63,622 nucleotides of DNA, filler included, from Platydemus manokwari (GCA_037951405.1; 6 parts of 6 records of this genome joined end to end with filler, not necessarily neighbours in it); one strand, 5' to 3'; shown: positions 1-14,926, counted from the first letter of the whole stretch. Notes: generated by a model not told the origin, from the sequence alone. Numbers and translations are program-made.

Positions 1-1819
1 CAGTTGAATTTTATAAAATTTTAATTTTTAACATTTATTTTAAATTTACTTTTAAAATTTAATTTCAATTTAGTAATATCTTACAAAATTATCAAATATA
101 ATTTTTGTAAATAATGCATGTAATCACATATGAACTTTGTTGTTTAAATCAATGAAGTAAATATAACAATCGAAGCTTTATTGTGGTTACCGATCAGGTT
201 ACGTAAGCATAATTTATTTTTGGCTTATAAATAATTTGTATTGATTTATATATTGCTATATAAATGAATCTGAAATAATGTTCACTCTATAATTGACTTA
301 AATCAGAGTTTTATAATGTACATTTATTATATTATGTTTAATTGAAAGATGGAAAATGAAAGAAAATTAAGCTTTTTGAATAAGAGATTTTAAGAATAAT
401 CAACGAAAATTCATTTTACAAATTAACAAATGTATGCATCTATTCGAAACATACGTTTCGAGTTTATTATTTCACGTCAACTCAAGTTTTGCAACTCTGG
501 TTTTTATTAGAGTGTAATCAAATTAAAATAAGTTATTGGGATAATATTGAATGGTTAAATAGTATAGTAATTTGAAATTATTAAATAGATATGTTCATGT
601 TGAATTATTCAAATACTTAAATTGTCAAAAGACAGTTACGAGTACTGGATTCGATGTGCAATGAAGTTGCTGGTGAAATTGATGTATAAATTTTTGAATT
701 CTGTGATGCTTTATATAGTCTATGATCGTAAGCTATTTATCAGTAATCATTATGGTTCTTTATTACATTTCCATGGTGATGGGAATTAAAATTTAAATAT
801 CTGATTAAATTAAAGTAGTCGTGGTCACCAGAATTTCTATGAATTAATAATTATGAATAAACAAAATTTATTCTTTTATTTTTTTCACCACACACAATTA
901 TATATTATGTGCCTAGATATAATTTTATGGATCAGTATAAGTAAAGGTTCACCAAAAATTTGTAAGCTACTCTATCACTTTAAAACTACACTAGTTGCAA
1001 AAGATATTAATTGGTAATTATGTATAATTTTTTACATAGTATATCGTGTAGTGAAATCGCATTTTACAAAGTTTAGTGGCTATTTAAATATCATACAGTC
1101 TATGCAATGTGTTTAACCAAATTTTTTTAAGAATCAATTTCATTCTATCCTTATTTCATTTTCCAATTATTCAAATTAATCTGTATCAGCACTGTTTGTC
1201 ACAGCTGTTTCTGAAGAGTGTGGTCTTAAAATTATATATGTTATCCTAAGTTTTGATAGAATATTGAAATAAAATAGTTAAAATTTGAACACTACTTATT
1301 TCAGGTTATTGTTATGATCAGTAACAAACATTTTGAGATTGTACATAATTATTTGAAACTTATTATATCTCAGTCGATCGTTACATAGAGTGATCGGGTT
1401 TTCGTGGGTATTGGAAACGAGATATAACATAAGTCTACATAAATTTAAAGTAAAATTTAGACTTATTTAATACAAAATATTATCTCATGATAATTATTGT
1501 TTTAATATCCAGTATATTTAATAGCAATAAAATTGTCTAATGATTATTAGTTACGTATGTGTCGACATTAATTTGTCTATATACTGGGAAATACTTGGCT
1601 GCGCAATGGATGCAGATATTTAAATTGAAAGTTTCTGTTTCTATACAAATAATTTCAATGCGTTGATTGTCTAACAAGATATTTGTATGTTTATGCGTAA
1701 AGATACTCTCATGAATGTTGATTGATTAGCTATAGCATTTTCTGAGTTCATCGGAATTATAATTTAGTAAGGATTTATTAAATTATATACTATGGAAAGG
1801 AAGATTTATATTAAAATTC

Positions 1820-2170
1820 GACTGAAAACGTTCGACTTTTAGGATTTGTTTGAATCACAGATTGGATCAAATCTCCAATACATACATGTACACACATACA
1901 TATACACACATATATAAGTTAAATATTTGTAAATAAAATGTTCAAAACGTGTAATGCACAATCATCAATGAATAAATTGAATGCTTATTATATTTTTTAA
2001 AGTTAATTGAATTTTTTTTGCATTCTGGTTGGAAAAAAGTTCTAATTAGACTTGCATTATTTGTGGTTTCATTAAAGGATTAGTAATATTTTATGTCAAT
2101 TTATAATTTGAATAAAAACTAAATTATAATATATCTTTGGTATTTGAGCATTTGCTAATTTTAATATATT
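1820..2170 (+). repeat. Dispersed repeat of about 340 bp, copy 1
   Basis: Co-linear with 6497-6835 (aaaacgt.cgacttttaggatt...ttggatcaaat...CA/TA tract...gtgtaatgcacaatcatcaa...cattaaaggattagtaat). Confidence 0.8.
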
Positions 2171-2889
2171 TGTTCAATAAATTTATGGCATCGATTGTAT
2201 TTACTGAGTTTTTCAAACATCTATTAAATAGCTTAATTTATCAGTAGATCATTCAATAAATTATTAAATAAGTTATTGTATTGGGGTAATTGTTCATTTT
2301 TACCTTGGTCTTATGAACACTTTAATAGGTCGTATGGAGACGAAGCTATCGGTATAAGACTGTCTAAAGGTTTAAATGATGATTCCCCAAAATGTATTAG
2401 GAAGTATTAAATCCCTATCTTTATAATCGCAAATTGGAAATGTTAAATTTTCTTCAAATGTTTTTCAACATCCTCCATTTTTTATAATTTCTTTCCTTAA
2501 GTTTTATTTCTGAATCCTCTTTTCTTTTTTTCGCAATACTTATATTTCTTCTTGAATAAATGAGGTATCCAAAAATTATTTATTTTGTTTTTTAATTCTT
2601 TCACAATACTCTTCATATTCCTTTTTTTTGTTCCCAATAAAGTTTTTGATGTCTTCTAACAAATTGGATAGTCCAATTGCTATCTGGATTCTTCGATCTT
2701 CTGATACTGTTCTCTTTTTGATAAAATTCTATCGATCAAATTATAAATTAAATATTATCGTAAATCAAAAAAATAACCTGAGAAAATAAATCATAAATCA
2801 TAAATTTAAAAAATGAATTTGTGTATTTACCATTTCTTTTTATATGGATCCCAATGGTTTCCCAAAATTAAAAAAAACCACCAATAAAT

Positions 2890-3018
2890 TCAAAGGAAAG
2901 ATTTGTTATTATGGAGATTTGTAAAATCAAACCTATAACTTATAGGCTAATCGATTTAAATGGGGAAAAATATTTGGAATATTTTATAATAATGAGTTAA
3001 TAAAAACAAGTTTTTGAA
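2890..3018 (+). mobile_element. Polinton/Maverick-type integrase C-terminal remnant
   Basis: Translates with one frameshift as FVIMEICKIKPITYRLIDLNGEK/IFGIFYNNELIKTSF*, matching the P.TY.L.D..GE.I.G.FY..EL tail of Polinton integrases. Confidence 0.6.
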
Positions 3019-6000
3019 TTTAGTTTTTATCTCATTTGGTTTTCAACTCATGCTTTAAAGCCTTATATTTAACGGATAAAAATAATATTTTTTTTCGTTT
3101 ACGTAAAAATTATTATATGAAAATTGGCTTATTTAACGAATAGGGGGAATATTATTATTCGTTTACGTTATTACGTTAACGTTTTTATAATATTTATTTG
3201 TGTTAAAAATTTTTAATGTCTGCAAATTATTTTATTTATTTTTAATTTTATTTCATTTGTAAAGACATATGTACACCTCATATACTTTGATAAAAATATC
3301 TTTATCTTTGAACTTAAGTGAGGGCGCCACAAGATCGCGCATTCGATTGTCGAATTATGATACCAATTGGAAAATATTTTACGAACAAAATTTTAAAACG
3401 AAAAAATAAGGATAATTGCATAAACTTTGCATAATCAGTGTCTCGGAGTTCTTATTGTGAAGGTCACAGATGCAACATACTTTATAGTTTATTGTTTGTG
3501 GCAAAAGTAGTAATTCTATATCAGTCTCTTTTAATTTCTTTTTGTTTACATATCGAATAATATATCGCAGACAAATTGGCTTTCACGCAATGAAAACGGC
3601 TTATTGTAGTGGTTCCTAATTTGTTGGCCCTTTTATATTATAGTCTTCTGGCACTCAATATTAGTGTGATGAAATCATTCGATGATTTATTTTAATTAAC
3701 AAAATTGATCTGATAAATTGATTTACTTTTCCGAGTTGCATAGATATTCTGACAGTTTATTTGATGACTTAATAGGAAATAATTGTCTTTTGATTTTGAC
3801 TTTGAGATTTATTTGGTTTTCTTTTTGTCGATTTTGAATCAATTGACATCTTGACAGAAATTGAATTTCATTAATTTTAATATCTATATCATTTAAAATT
3901 AATAATTTACATTCCCCGTTTATCATTAATATTTACATTCTCACATTTCATTAACTAAATAAATGAATGTTTAATATATTTTCGATGCGCACTTTATTAA
4001 AGTATTTTTAACACAAAATGATAATTGAAATTGACACTTTTAACGAAAATTAAATTGACACTATTGACACTCACCGATCAGGAACTTGAACCAGACTTTT
4101 ATAAAGATTTATTGATTAAACAAAAATATAATATTAAACACTTATACAATAACAAATAAATAAATAACCAAATAAAAATGTTTACGGTAATATTTCAATT
4201 TCTTGGAGAAGAATTTGATTAATAAAACAGCTTACTCGGTGAAATCGAACACAAAGCTGAGACCTGCTCTATATCAAAATATACGAAAATTGATAGATAC
4301 TTAATATGATTTTACGCGCATCGTATCTCACTACTTTTTGGATTGCAGTGGATGGTCTTCAGTTAAACATTGGGTATATATCTTCAGTTTCTTAACTTGG
4401 CAACGCGTTCTCTGATTAAATTAAAAATGGCACGGGATAATGATAAATTTACAAAAGGGCTTTTGATTTTTTTCAATTTTGTTTATTAGGATATTTGAAA
4501 TAGTTTTTTTACTAAGGTCTGCATTGATATCTATTTATTAAATATTCCACTTATAGTTGCATAAAGGTAATTTAAATGAATTCTGTTTTTAATATTACGA
4601 CCAAGATTTTAATTATATGCGGGTTTAATATTTCGAATATTTAATGAGTATATTTATTTTATTATTTTATGAAGGGTTAAATTTTTCCAATCTTCGATAA
4701 TTTAACATGAAATAAAATATAAAAAAATTAAAATATTATTTCAATTTCATTTATCATATTAAAGTATTTTTTCATGTACATTCAAAAATTACTCTATAAA
4801 TTTCTACATTTAATATTTTACATCATCATTCTTTTTATAAACACCTTTTAAATAAGAGAAAATGTTTGTTATACGATATCAGAAAAATTAAGAATAATGA
4901 ATACCAAATGTTATTGACCTGCACATGAATTGTCTTTGAATTGCTAAATTGCTGCCGAAGACCAACATTTAAGTAAATAAAATTGATACATGGAAATATT
5001 AAAACTAAAATTGTTATTATTATTTATGGTTTATTTGCGCTCGGAATATTTCACAGAATATTTTCTCCCCAAATTCTCAACATGTTTTGCGCCATTAGGG
5101 ATAGGGCGAGGTTGTTTTGTCTTAACACCAGCAATGTCTTTTCAAGACCCTAAATCGAGTTTGAGGTGAGCTTCGATGCTACCTCTGATTTCGATAAGTG
5201 TTGTCCTAAAGGATTTTCAGAAAAAATACCCTAGACACATGGATATGACCTGGATGATAAACCAGTCAAGCTGATCAATCCAAGTCAAATGATTTCTATA
5301 CTGTCTTTATGTGTGAATTTATGTTTATTTAAAAGTTTGATTATAATTTGATATCAAAAATATATAAAATACAAAATACAGTACAGTGTATTATAATCGT
5401 ACAAAAGCATTTCAATCAAATTATTTTTAGTATTAATTATTATTGTTTAAAATTATTCATTGGCATATTGAGTCCAAACATTATAAATCCTGTGACGATC
5501 GACATTGGTAACAAATTATTATAACAATTATTATTTAATTAGTTTCGGTTTGTCACATTTTATTGTACTGATTTTTGAAGAACTTCAGTAATAGGTATGG
5601 AAGATTGTATTATTGTAAATTCTATCAAAACAAATTGGTTTCTAAATAGAATTACATTTATTAAATACTAATATTGCCACGATTTGAAAATAACTTTATT
5701 ATCTTTTGGGGTTGGTTGTTGAAAGGATTTTATTTATTATCAGTTTTCACTGGTTCTAGAGGGCTTCAGTAATTCGTATGAGGATGAAATTACCCGGAAA
5801 ATTTACTGAAATACCTAAAGGTTGAAGCTATATAAATTATTTTACTGTAATGATTATTTGTCCCTATGCAGTAAGTTTGTCTGGTACTTAACGTATAATA
5901 AAATGATTAAATTCTCCAATATGTGTACTCTGTAAATGCTTTCTTGAATTGTCAAGTCTTTCGGTTAATTTTAGCGATTAATTAAATAGTTCAAAGCCCT

Positions 6001-6496
6001 AACATTTTATTGATTCTTGTGATCCTTTTTTGTCTCTTTTAGACAAATCCTGTTCGGTAGCTTCATTTGATCCTATGTCCTTACTTAAATCCTAAACCTG
6101 TCTTCAAACTATCATATTATGGTTTTTGTTTTCGACTCATGCTATTATTTATTCGCAATTTATTTGTATTCTATTTATCGATTTATTGTTGTATTGAATA
6201 ATAGTGATGGAATTTGATGATGCTTGGTATTTATTTATTAGCCATAAGGGTTGATATCACTAATATCGCGCTAATATAGTTCACAATATATGTTCGAAAA
6301 CGAATGAATTTTATTAAACTTACAATGTGATATACGATAAAGTTATTAAAATTCTTGTAACTTCAACGTTTGCATTCTCCACTGGTTGGCTATTCTTGTT
6401 CATTTATTTTTCTTAACCAGTTGTAATAATAACTAAGTTGTCGTGACACCTTTTGAATTGTCACGACTATTTGTACTTGTGTACTTATTAGAATTT

Positions 6497-6835
6497 GACT
6501 GCAAAAACGTCCGACTTTTAGGATTCGATTGAATTGCACTTTGGATCAAATTTCCACACATACATGCACACACACATATATACGCACACATATATATATA
6601 TATAGTTTAAATATTTCTAAATAAAATATTCAAAGCGTGTAATGCACAATCATCAACGAATAAATTGAATGCCTATAATATTATAAAGTTATTTTAATAT
6701 TTATTTGTGTTTTGTTTGGAGAAAATTTCTAATTAAGCCAAAACTTGTATTATTTATCGTTTCATTAAAGGATTAGTAATTAAAAATTCTAAATTGCTAA
6801 TATATCTTTGATATTTATATACTTGTTAATGTTTA
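6497..6835 (+). repeat. Dispersed repeat of about 340 bp, copy 2
   Basis: Direct repeat of 1820-2170. The adjacent 6385-6490 is also repeated at about 7318-7425. Confidence 0.8.
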
Positions 6836-7704
6836 AATTTCCATTTTAATCATAATTTTTCTATTTATTCATTTCACAATTGTAAGTTCATGTTTTAATT
6901 CGAGTTATGAGAATAAATAAATAAAAATAATTGAAGACGAATTATTTTTATTAAACCTGCAATATATTACACAATACAATTCTTATAATTACCATGTTTT
7001 TATATGGTGGCGTTGACGTGTCCTGAAGATGGTGCTAAACCTTGTTGGGAACTATTACCACCTAACTATAGGGAAAACAGAGGTCAGCTGAAAAGTAATG
7101 TAGGAGGTCAAGCGTTCTTCGAAAACTTTGAATCGATTAATTAATTAATAATATCATTTCGGCCAATATTAACATTAATATAATTAATAAAAAATTGCTC
7201 ATGGTTCTTTTAGAACGCTTGCGAATTTATTAGGAATAGTTTGCCAAAATATTTTGTCTATTTTGCTCTGCTTTTTATATTATTTTTTTGTGTTAATTTT
7301 TCTTTGTGTTTGCATCTGATTGGCTATTCCTGTTCATTTATTTTTCTTACCCAGTTGTTATAATAACTAGGTAAGTTGTCATGGTAACTTATGAATTGTC
7401 ATGACTATTTCTATTTATGTACTTATTATTATTTATTATTGATTATTTAGTATTTATTTGATTTAATTAAACACTTTTATTGTGTGATAATTCGTGTGAA
7501 AATTTAGCATGATTATATTATTATTTTTATTGTTATTATATTATTGAAAGTTCCTATTTATTATTTTGAAATTCCACAATAGTATTTTATTCCTTTGAAA
7601 TTTGTTTTTCATTTCGTTGAACTCACATCGTTATGGAACATAGTAATTGTATTTAATTTATCAATAATATTAATTTCTCAATTCAATATTTCTGTTTATT
7701 TCAT

Positions 7705-8400
7705 TGCGACCCACTTTACGAGTCCAAATTTTTTCGCGACCTTTAGGGACGAAAATAAAAATAAAGTAAAAAATTTTAACACTACCAAATTAAAATATAT
7801 TTAATAATAACAATGATTATGCATATCCTGGCATTAAACATCAATTCTTATCTCTTTTTTGGTGATGGCTGGCCTCAGTACTAATTCCAGATCTTTAAAA
7901 TTCGATCGATATTATGTCTTAATATAATTCAATGTCGAAAATGATTTTTCATACAAATAAGTAAAGCAGAAAAGCATGGTTAGTTATGATAATTAGGGAT
8001 ATTCTGTTTTTACACTAGCCCAAAAGGAGATTAAGTTTTTTTAAAAAAAATTTACCTTCAAACTCAAATTACTGAAGAGTTCTGAAATCTCATCTTGAGA
8101 TTTAAGTGAGATATGATTAAATTTTTCTGTTTCAACATCAAATGGTTTATAAACCCATAGGAATTGGTTACCATCTAATTCTGGTATAAAATACTTTTGA
8201 AAATGAGTTTTAAGGCCTGTCAAGTGGTCGATTAGCAGTCGCTTCATTACATGAAAAATCTAGTTCATTTTCTTGGATGAAATTCTCCATACATGTAGAC
8301 ATTTCATATGAGGAAATCTCAATTTTTTCTACTTATTTTTTTCATCAGTGCTCTAATTTTTGAAATCAATTTGAAAATATTTGAGCTTTCTCCTTGTAGA
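7705..8400 (-). mobile_element. hAT (Buster/ZBED5-like) transposase C-terminal remnant
   Basis: HLTGLKTHFQKYF...WVYKPF...SFWASVKTEYP...FTYLYEKSFSTLNYIKT*YRS resembles the hAT dimerisation region; frameshifts and stops present; GCGACC motifs at about 7706 and 7736 near the putative end. Confidence 0.75.
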
Positions 8401-8949
8401 GAGTTTATTTCTCAATTAAATTAATCGTCTTTTATATTAAATTATTGTTGGTTTTTAGTCTTGAGTTGTCTGATTTCATTATTCCAGACATGTTTATATA
8501 TAAATCGTGTTTATTCTTATTAATTGTATATTAATAATACATATTTATACATTTGATTACATAAATATTGTTTCATCATTAATTATTATGTTTCTAATGT
8601 TTAAAGTTTCAATGTAAGTTTCCTTGTGTTTAATGGTTTTATCGATTGACTATAGGTTAAATAAAAACCATTTGAAAATTATATGGGAAATTAAGTGAGT
8701 ATCTAAACACTTTAAATAGATGAGTTGAGCTCTCTTATTTTATTAATAATTTTTAATTAGTACACCTGACTCCAAAAGGTGTATGCTATATTATTTTATA
8801 AACCAAGAATAGAATAAATAAATTATTGATCTGAATAATTTATAATTACTATTACAGTAAGACTGATAAAAACAAACTCCGAATTTAACTACAATATAAA
8901 TAATACTGTAAGCAAATTACCATGTTAGGTAGCTTTTTACTAATCAAAC

Positions 8950-11750
8950 TATTGTATGTTTTTATTATGATCGAAGTTTATTGATTTTATATGTCTCTTA
9001 TGATCTTGCCCGTATGAGTCCTCTATGGATTTTATCGGCTGTTAAGTCTAATGGTATCGTAATTATTACTATATATGGGTAAGTAAAAATTGCAATAGTT
9101 AAACAATGGATATCTGGTATTGTAACACAATATTAGATTGTCAAAATAATTCTTGTTTTCTAGCTTATCGTTCTTTTTCTTAGGCTCGATGATTGGATAT
9201 TTATACTTTTTTGTTGATGGCTAATGTTTCTGTTTTAGGATAATTTGTTGACGATAGTAATTATTAGAACAGTGAGATGTTAGTAATTGCGTTGAATGAG
9301 AATAATTTCGTTATAGAATTATTATTTATCTATAATAATTATTCTGTCAAAATTTCATTTATAGTCTAACAGATTTTTTCGGGCAAAGTTTTATGATTTC
9401 GATATTCAATTATTTTTATATTCTTTTGCATTATTATATTTAGTTTTGATATATTTTCGTTAGTGGGCGAATCATTTCTTCTGTTATTTTGAATTTTTTT
9501 TATAAATTTATTTTTATTAGAGGTTGTATCCAGCTAAAATTACAAAATTTCAACCCTGATAAAAGCAATAACTAGTTTAAACCATATATGAATTCGTTAA
9601 TAAAATCAGAATAATAATCACAATGTATTTCACATGCAACTTTTTCTTTATTTTCTTCTAGCATGACCTTTGAAATAAAAAGCCATAGTTTTTTATTTGA
9701 TATAAACTTTTTAACGTTTTGATAATAAATCACCTTCGTTTTCTTGATATGGATAACACTTGAACTTTAGAGGGTTTTATTCATTTTCAGTTGTATGGCT
9801 TTTCTACTTTCTTAAGTCATGCGGCCCTAAGTCACAGAATTTATTAATTCATTTATATTTCAAGCTATTAATGCTGAAATGAATTACCTGCATCACACTT
9901 TAGTTATAAATAGCGTTAATATAAAATGGTCATAACAATATATTATTATTGTCTCACACAAGTTATTTGGAAATAGTAATTTCATCACTGCTGCCATAAT
10001 ACCTATTTATTATCTCAAAAACTCTATTAAGAATATCATAACAACTATATATATAATTCTCTTGAAAATTCCTTTTTCCAAACATCAGTATCATAATTTC
10101 ACACGTGTAGAGAATAGTAGTATATGCTCGATCTATATTGTATTAAATTCAAATTTATTCGTTTCATTTAAGCAGCTTCTATGGTGACTCTCCTTAACTG
10201 CAATTAGCACCACTTCATATATAGCCTCATTTTGGCGTATGTACCCTTGACTTGGACATTTGTGTTTAAGTTGGAGGAGGCAGCATCTTTTAAAAATAAA
10301 AAATATTAAAAAATACATTAAATAATATTAAAAAATGGAGCTCCGTAATCACTAATTTTTGTTCCCATTATTAAGCTTCAATCTCAACTCAAGCACATTC
10401 AGTTTCAAACTCTTTACTAATTGGATTTGAACTCAGACATTGAAGTGAGGTCCATTCATTTGTTTGAAAAATAATTTTATGTCATGTTTACATACTTTTA
10501 CATACAAATGGCAATTTAAAATCAATAGTTAGAATTTTCCATTCCGAGGTTTGATCTTCGCGCTTCATCGAAATTGATTTGGTTGAAAATAAAATTAATC
10601 GGTTTTAGTTTCGTACTTGCGGATGCTTTTCTCTGACTGATATACTTAATGGGGATTTTTTAGAGCAGTAAATAAATAAATAAAGTTGTTTAGTATTAGA
10701 TTTTCTCACTGAAGCCAATAACTCGAATGATAGAGAATAATAGAATTTTTTTTGAAAAGATATAAACATGTAATTATTGGGTTTTGACAGAAATTAATAA
10801 TAGATTGTAAAAACATTGTTTGCAAGGGCCTTGATGTTTTGACATCTTTAATTGTGGATCGAAATGGATATAATTTGTAAAGTAATTTATGTACAATCAC
10901 TATGAAATAATAAATTATTCATTTCTATTAATGGATTAATAATTATTAGGGCAAAATAGTCAGGAATAATGATGCCTGATTAGAAAGATTATATGACTCT
11001 AGCCGTAGTTTTGTATTCTAGAGTTATCATATGTATTTAATACGTTGTTATTAGTATCTAACTCTTTGATCTCGGTTGTCAAAGGATGTTGTTTGGATTT
11101 ATTATAAGTGTTAGAAGAGAATATTGCATTGCAATGTTCCTGTCGTTTTTGACTTCGTTCTAAATGTATTCGTTCACCATGTACTTGATGTTCAAGTTTC
11201 ATTTTTGTGTTGCAGGCTTTCGTTGATTATCTATTGGAAATTTCTGACCTATGAAAGGCCTATGTGCTCAAATTAATTATATCTAAAGTATTTTATTTGT
11301 CCATTAATTTTTAATTATCTCTTTTCATTAATATTTTGTTTGGATTGGCAAATGGATTCTATGTGACCATGTTTTCCATGTTAATCACATTTATAGCCCG
11401 TTTAAAATTGTTCCATGTATATGGGGTGATGCGTCTCAGTTTATAATATGATTATATTGATCTCTCATCATTTATGTTAAGTAAATTGGTAGTTTATTAA
11501 TAATTTGATTTTCTAATGCTCCTTAAGCATCTGATAACTCAGTAATCAGTCATAAACTCGTGGTACCTAGTTGGTTCCCCATTATGTGGTTCAATTTTCA
11601 TTTTAATAAGTTTAGGTATATTCATATTCAATAATAAAAAATATTCATGTCCAATAATAAAAATTGTTTTAAGACGATTATTCAATGAGACAAAGAATTT
11701 AAATATTATCAACAGATAACCAGGTTGGAACTTAGGCATTTTATTATTTA
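8950..11750 (-). mobile_element. Highly decayed LTR retrotransposon (Gypsy-like gag/pol traces)
   Basis: Scattered motifs in gag-to-pol order on the minus strand: KIEPHNGEPTRYHEF (about 11560-11600), KFKCYPYQENE (about 9740-9770), FNYCNFYLPIYS (about 9070-9105). Many stops. Confidence 0.4.
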
Positions 11751-12149
11751 TGCAATCAATGTTTCTATCATAGAAATATTAAATATTCATTAAAATTTTG
11801 TATTATAAATACTTTAAAATAAGAAAAACTTTACTTGATATCTGGCAATTGAAGTTGGAACAATAGCTAATTTTTTAGACAAACGATTGTGAATTTAATA
11901 CAATGTTTGATTAATTCCTTTGTCGATTGTTATAGGTAACAATGATGTAAATACGGTTTCAATGGATATTAGTAAAGAACTCTTCTAATTTAGAAGTTAA
12001 ACTTTGTAATTGAACCTGCTTATAGATTGACTTCAAACTTCGTAATATGGCTGGGAATTGTTGTCGATTTCGTAGAGAATTTATAGATGGCTGTAATTTG
12101 CTTCATTTCTTTATGCTATTATTATCATTTTTATTAATATTTTTTTTCC

Positions 12150-12171
12150 ATTGTTATTATCATCATTATTA

Positions 12172-12231
<60 letters not shown>
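12150..12231 (+). repeat. (TAT)n microsatellite at contig end
   Basis: Near-perfect TTA/TAT run abutting the spacer. Confidence 0.95.
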
Positions 12232-12331
12232 NNNNNNNNNNNNNNNNNNNNNNNNNNNNNNNNNNNNNNNNNNNNTTAATTAATTAANNNNNNNNNNNNN
12301 NNNNNNNNNNNNNNNNNNNNNNNNNNNNNNN
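12232..12331. other. Artificial contig-joining spacer (N44-TTAATTAATTAA-N44)
   Basis: Identical 100-nt structure occurs five times; the core puts TAA stops in all six frames. Confidence 0.97.
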
Positions 12332-12440
12332 AATTTCATTAAATAAATATTTTAAAAAATGTTTTTGTTTTTAAAAAAAAAGCCGGAATCATACTAATAC
12401 ACCTAATAATAAAAATAAATTATTTAAAAAACGGATCAAA

Positions 12441-13663
12441 ATGCAATTTTTTGAAAATTGGCGAGGACCCTTTTTTAACATTAGAAGCAAATGGAAAGAT
12501 ATTCGAAATTTTTGGAACTATTTTAAAAAAGAAGTGACAACGAAATTATTGAAAGATGCCAGGAATTAGGTAATTATATTTTAAAGCAATATAAGTTCAT
12601 CAATAATTATTTAATATATCGGATACATAGATCCAGAATATGTCAATGAGGAAACCCAATGAAGATTTCTCCAAAATCACGAAAAACATATAGTTGGAGA
12701 TGCCACTAATGCAAAAAAGTATCGGAATTCGAATACGGACTTGGTTCTACAATTCGGCATTGTCCGTTTTCGACATTCTCAATATTAGTTATTTGTGGTG
12801 CACTTGGCCACGCAAAAAGTGTGTTATCAAATGACCTCCGTCTGCAAGCCAACAGTTACGAAATGGTAATAATTCTTCATAAAATAAAACTTAAATAAAA
12901 TTTATTAAGGTACAAAATTTGTCGATTCCAAGCTTACGAACAAATAGAGTGGAACAGGAAAATATATTGTTGTCGAAATCGACGAGGTCTATTTTGGAAA
13001 GGCCAAATATAATAGAGGGCGTCGAAAGCCTGGAATTTAGGTTGTTGGAGAACTGGAAAGATTCAACTAAAGGGATTGCTTCCTATTTTCAGTCCGCAAC
13101 CGAAGCGCTGCAACCCTAGAATTAATAATCACACATTAATACAATATTTACAGAAATACCATATTTACAATACATTTTATTTAATTTTAGGTGGGTGAAA
13201 CCGATATCCATTATCTATACAGATTGTTAGAGATCTTCTATCCGTCTTCAAAGTCGCGGTTATCAACATAATACCGTTAATCACTTGAAGTGCTTTGTAA
13301 ATCCAGATAACCGAGACATTTACACTCAGAATATAGAAGCGCAGTGGAAGGTGCTTAAGGATGGGTGCCCCAGAAGTGGATCCAAAAAATAATTTGTGTT
13401 GTCCTATATCGACGCAAAATTATGGAAGCAACAATTTGAATGCGGCGGTGCCTTCAATATCATGGCATACTTTCTGCAGTCAACTTTGAATTGTAACTGC
13501 TGTTTTGCCAATAGAATTTAGGTGTTTTTTCTATTTGATCTAAAATTGAATTTTAAAATTGCTTTAAATTAATTATACTTAAAAATTAATTTTTATATTA
13601 AATTATACACGAAAATACCTAAAATTAAAATGGGTCATAGAACCCTTTTTCTTAACTTAAGCC
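12441..13663 (+). mobile_element. Merlin (IS1016/ISXO2-like) DNA transposon: decayed transposase with apparent introns and right TIR
   Basis: WRCH*CKKSIGIRIRTWFYNSALS (N-terminal Zn region), VVEIDEVYFGKAKYNRGR (about 12968-13026), IIYTDC*..GYQHNTVNHLKCFVNP..TQNIEAQWKVLK (about 13210-13360) are Merlin DDE signatures; terminal sequence ggtcatagaaccctttttcttaacttaagcc at 13633-13663. Confidence 0.85.
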
Positions 13664-14926
13664 TTTTATTTTAGTTATTAATGCCACCAAGTATTTATAT
13701 TTTACATTATAAATAACTATTATTGTTTATGAATTATATTCGATAATGTTGTTATTCTTATTATTATTGTGTGACAAACTATTATTTACATTTATTTATT
13801 CTAGAAAAAATATTTAGAAGATCATTCAAAGAATTTATTGTAAGTGATGTTAGAATCAGTATTAGAGATCATTCTTATATAATTTCTAATTTTTAATCTG
13901 CTGAATCGATTTAGGACTATCATATATCAAATTGTATGAAATTAAATCGATAATTTTGTGGTTGCATAATAACTATGCCAATTGTTGAGTAAGTCATAAA
14001 ATCGGCCAATAGTTTACAGGAACCAAGGAAATAACCTTTTACGGGCACGTGCCAAGAGCCAATCAGATTCTTTCTAATATTAATCCATATTTATAAGTTA
14101 AAAATCGACTGGTGTGTACCAACAAATTGTAGCAAACTTAGATATCTGTCAACACCACAAGAGATGCAAAGAAAATTACTAGCATATCTATTTACGAGCG
14201 AATTCAGAAAATGAAAAACGAAGCTCCGGAACATAAAGCACTAAATAGGTCCATAAAAGAGGTTCTATTCAATGAATGACTCCCAATTTTGTTTGATCGG
14301 TAAATGCGTATTCTATTCTTGACTTTCACGTGATTTTCAGCAGCCGGTCATTATGTTTTCTATTCTGTGGTGATAATTTTTTCCATGATAATTTGTCGTT
14401 GACTTGTGACATGAATCTAGTAAATCGATCTACAAACAAATTCAGTGAATTGAAAACGAAGATCCGTGACATCAAGCAGACAACCCAATGGGTCTTTAAA
14501 AGAGGTTGAGTTCCATATATTCCTGCAAGTCTTTTTGGTAGGTAGCTTTAGTGTTTAGCTTATATGCGATTTTAGTAATCAGTCTTTTTGATTATTCTTC
14601 ATTCTGTTTTTGACTTTCTGGTGCTGATTCGATCTCGAGTGATTTTCTTGTGAATTGTGAAAAGATTTGCTGTTGTTCTTGTTGAGACTTTGAGAGTATT
14701 ATTTTAGTTAATACAAATTTTCAGATCTAAATTGTTGTTTGATAACCCAACAATATTCTCTCAGGAATTACAAAATAAACTAGCCCACTCAAACAATGAC
14801 AAATCAAATCAACTAGTAATATTTATTAGTTAATTTTATATATTTATATATTCAACCGATAAATTATATTCACATATTTTACCAGGTCACAATTTTTTAC
14901 CGAATAGTTTCACACAAAGTAAATGT

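Noticed and set aside
4200-4440. Possible hAT C-terminal remnant on the minus strand
   Set aside because: Resemblance to the VERSFS motif is too weak to support.
12047-12283. Poly-Tyr ORF
   Set aside because: Translation of a (TAT)n microsatellite running into Ns.
12276-12287. Recurrent TTAATTAATTAA palindrome as a biological motif
   Set aside because: Always centred in exactly 44+44 N: an assembly or concatenation linker.
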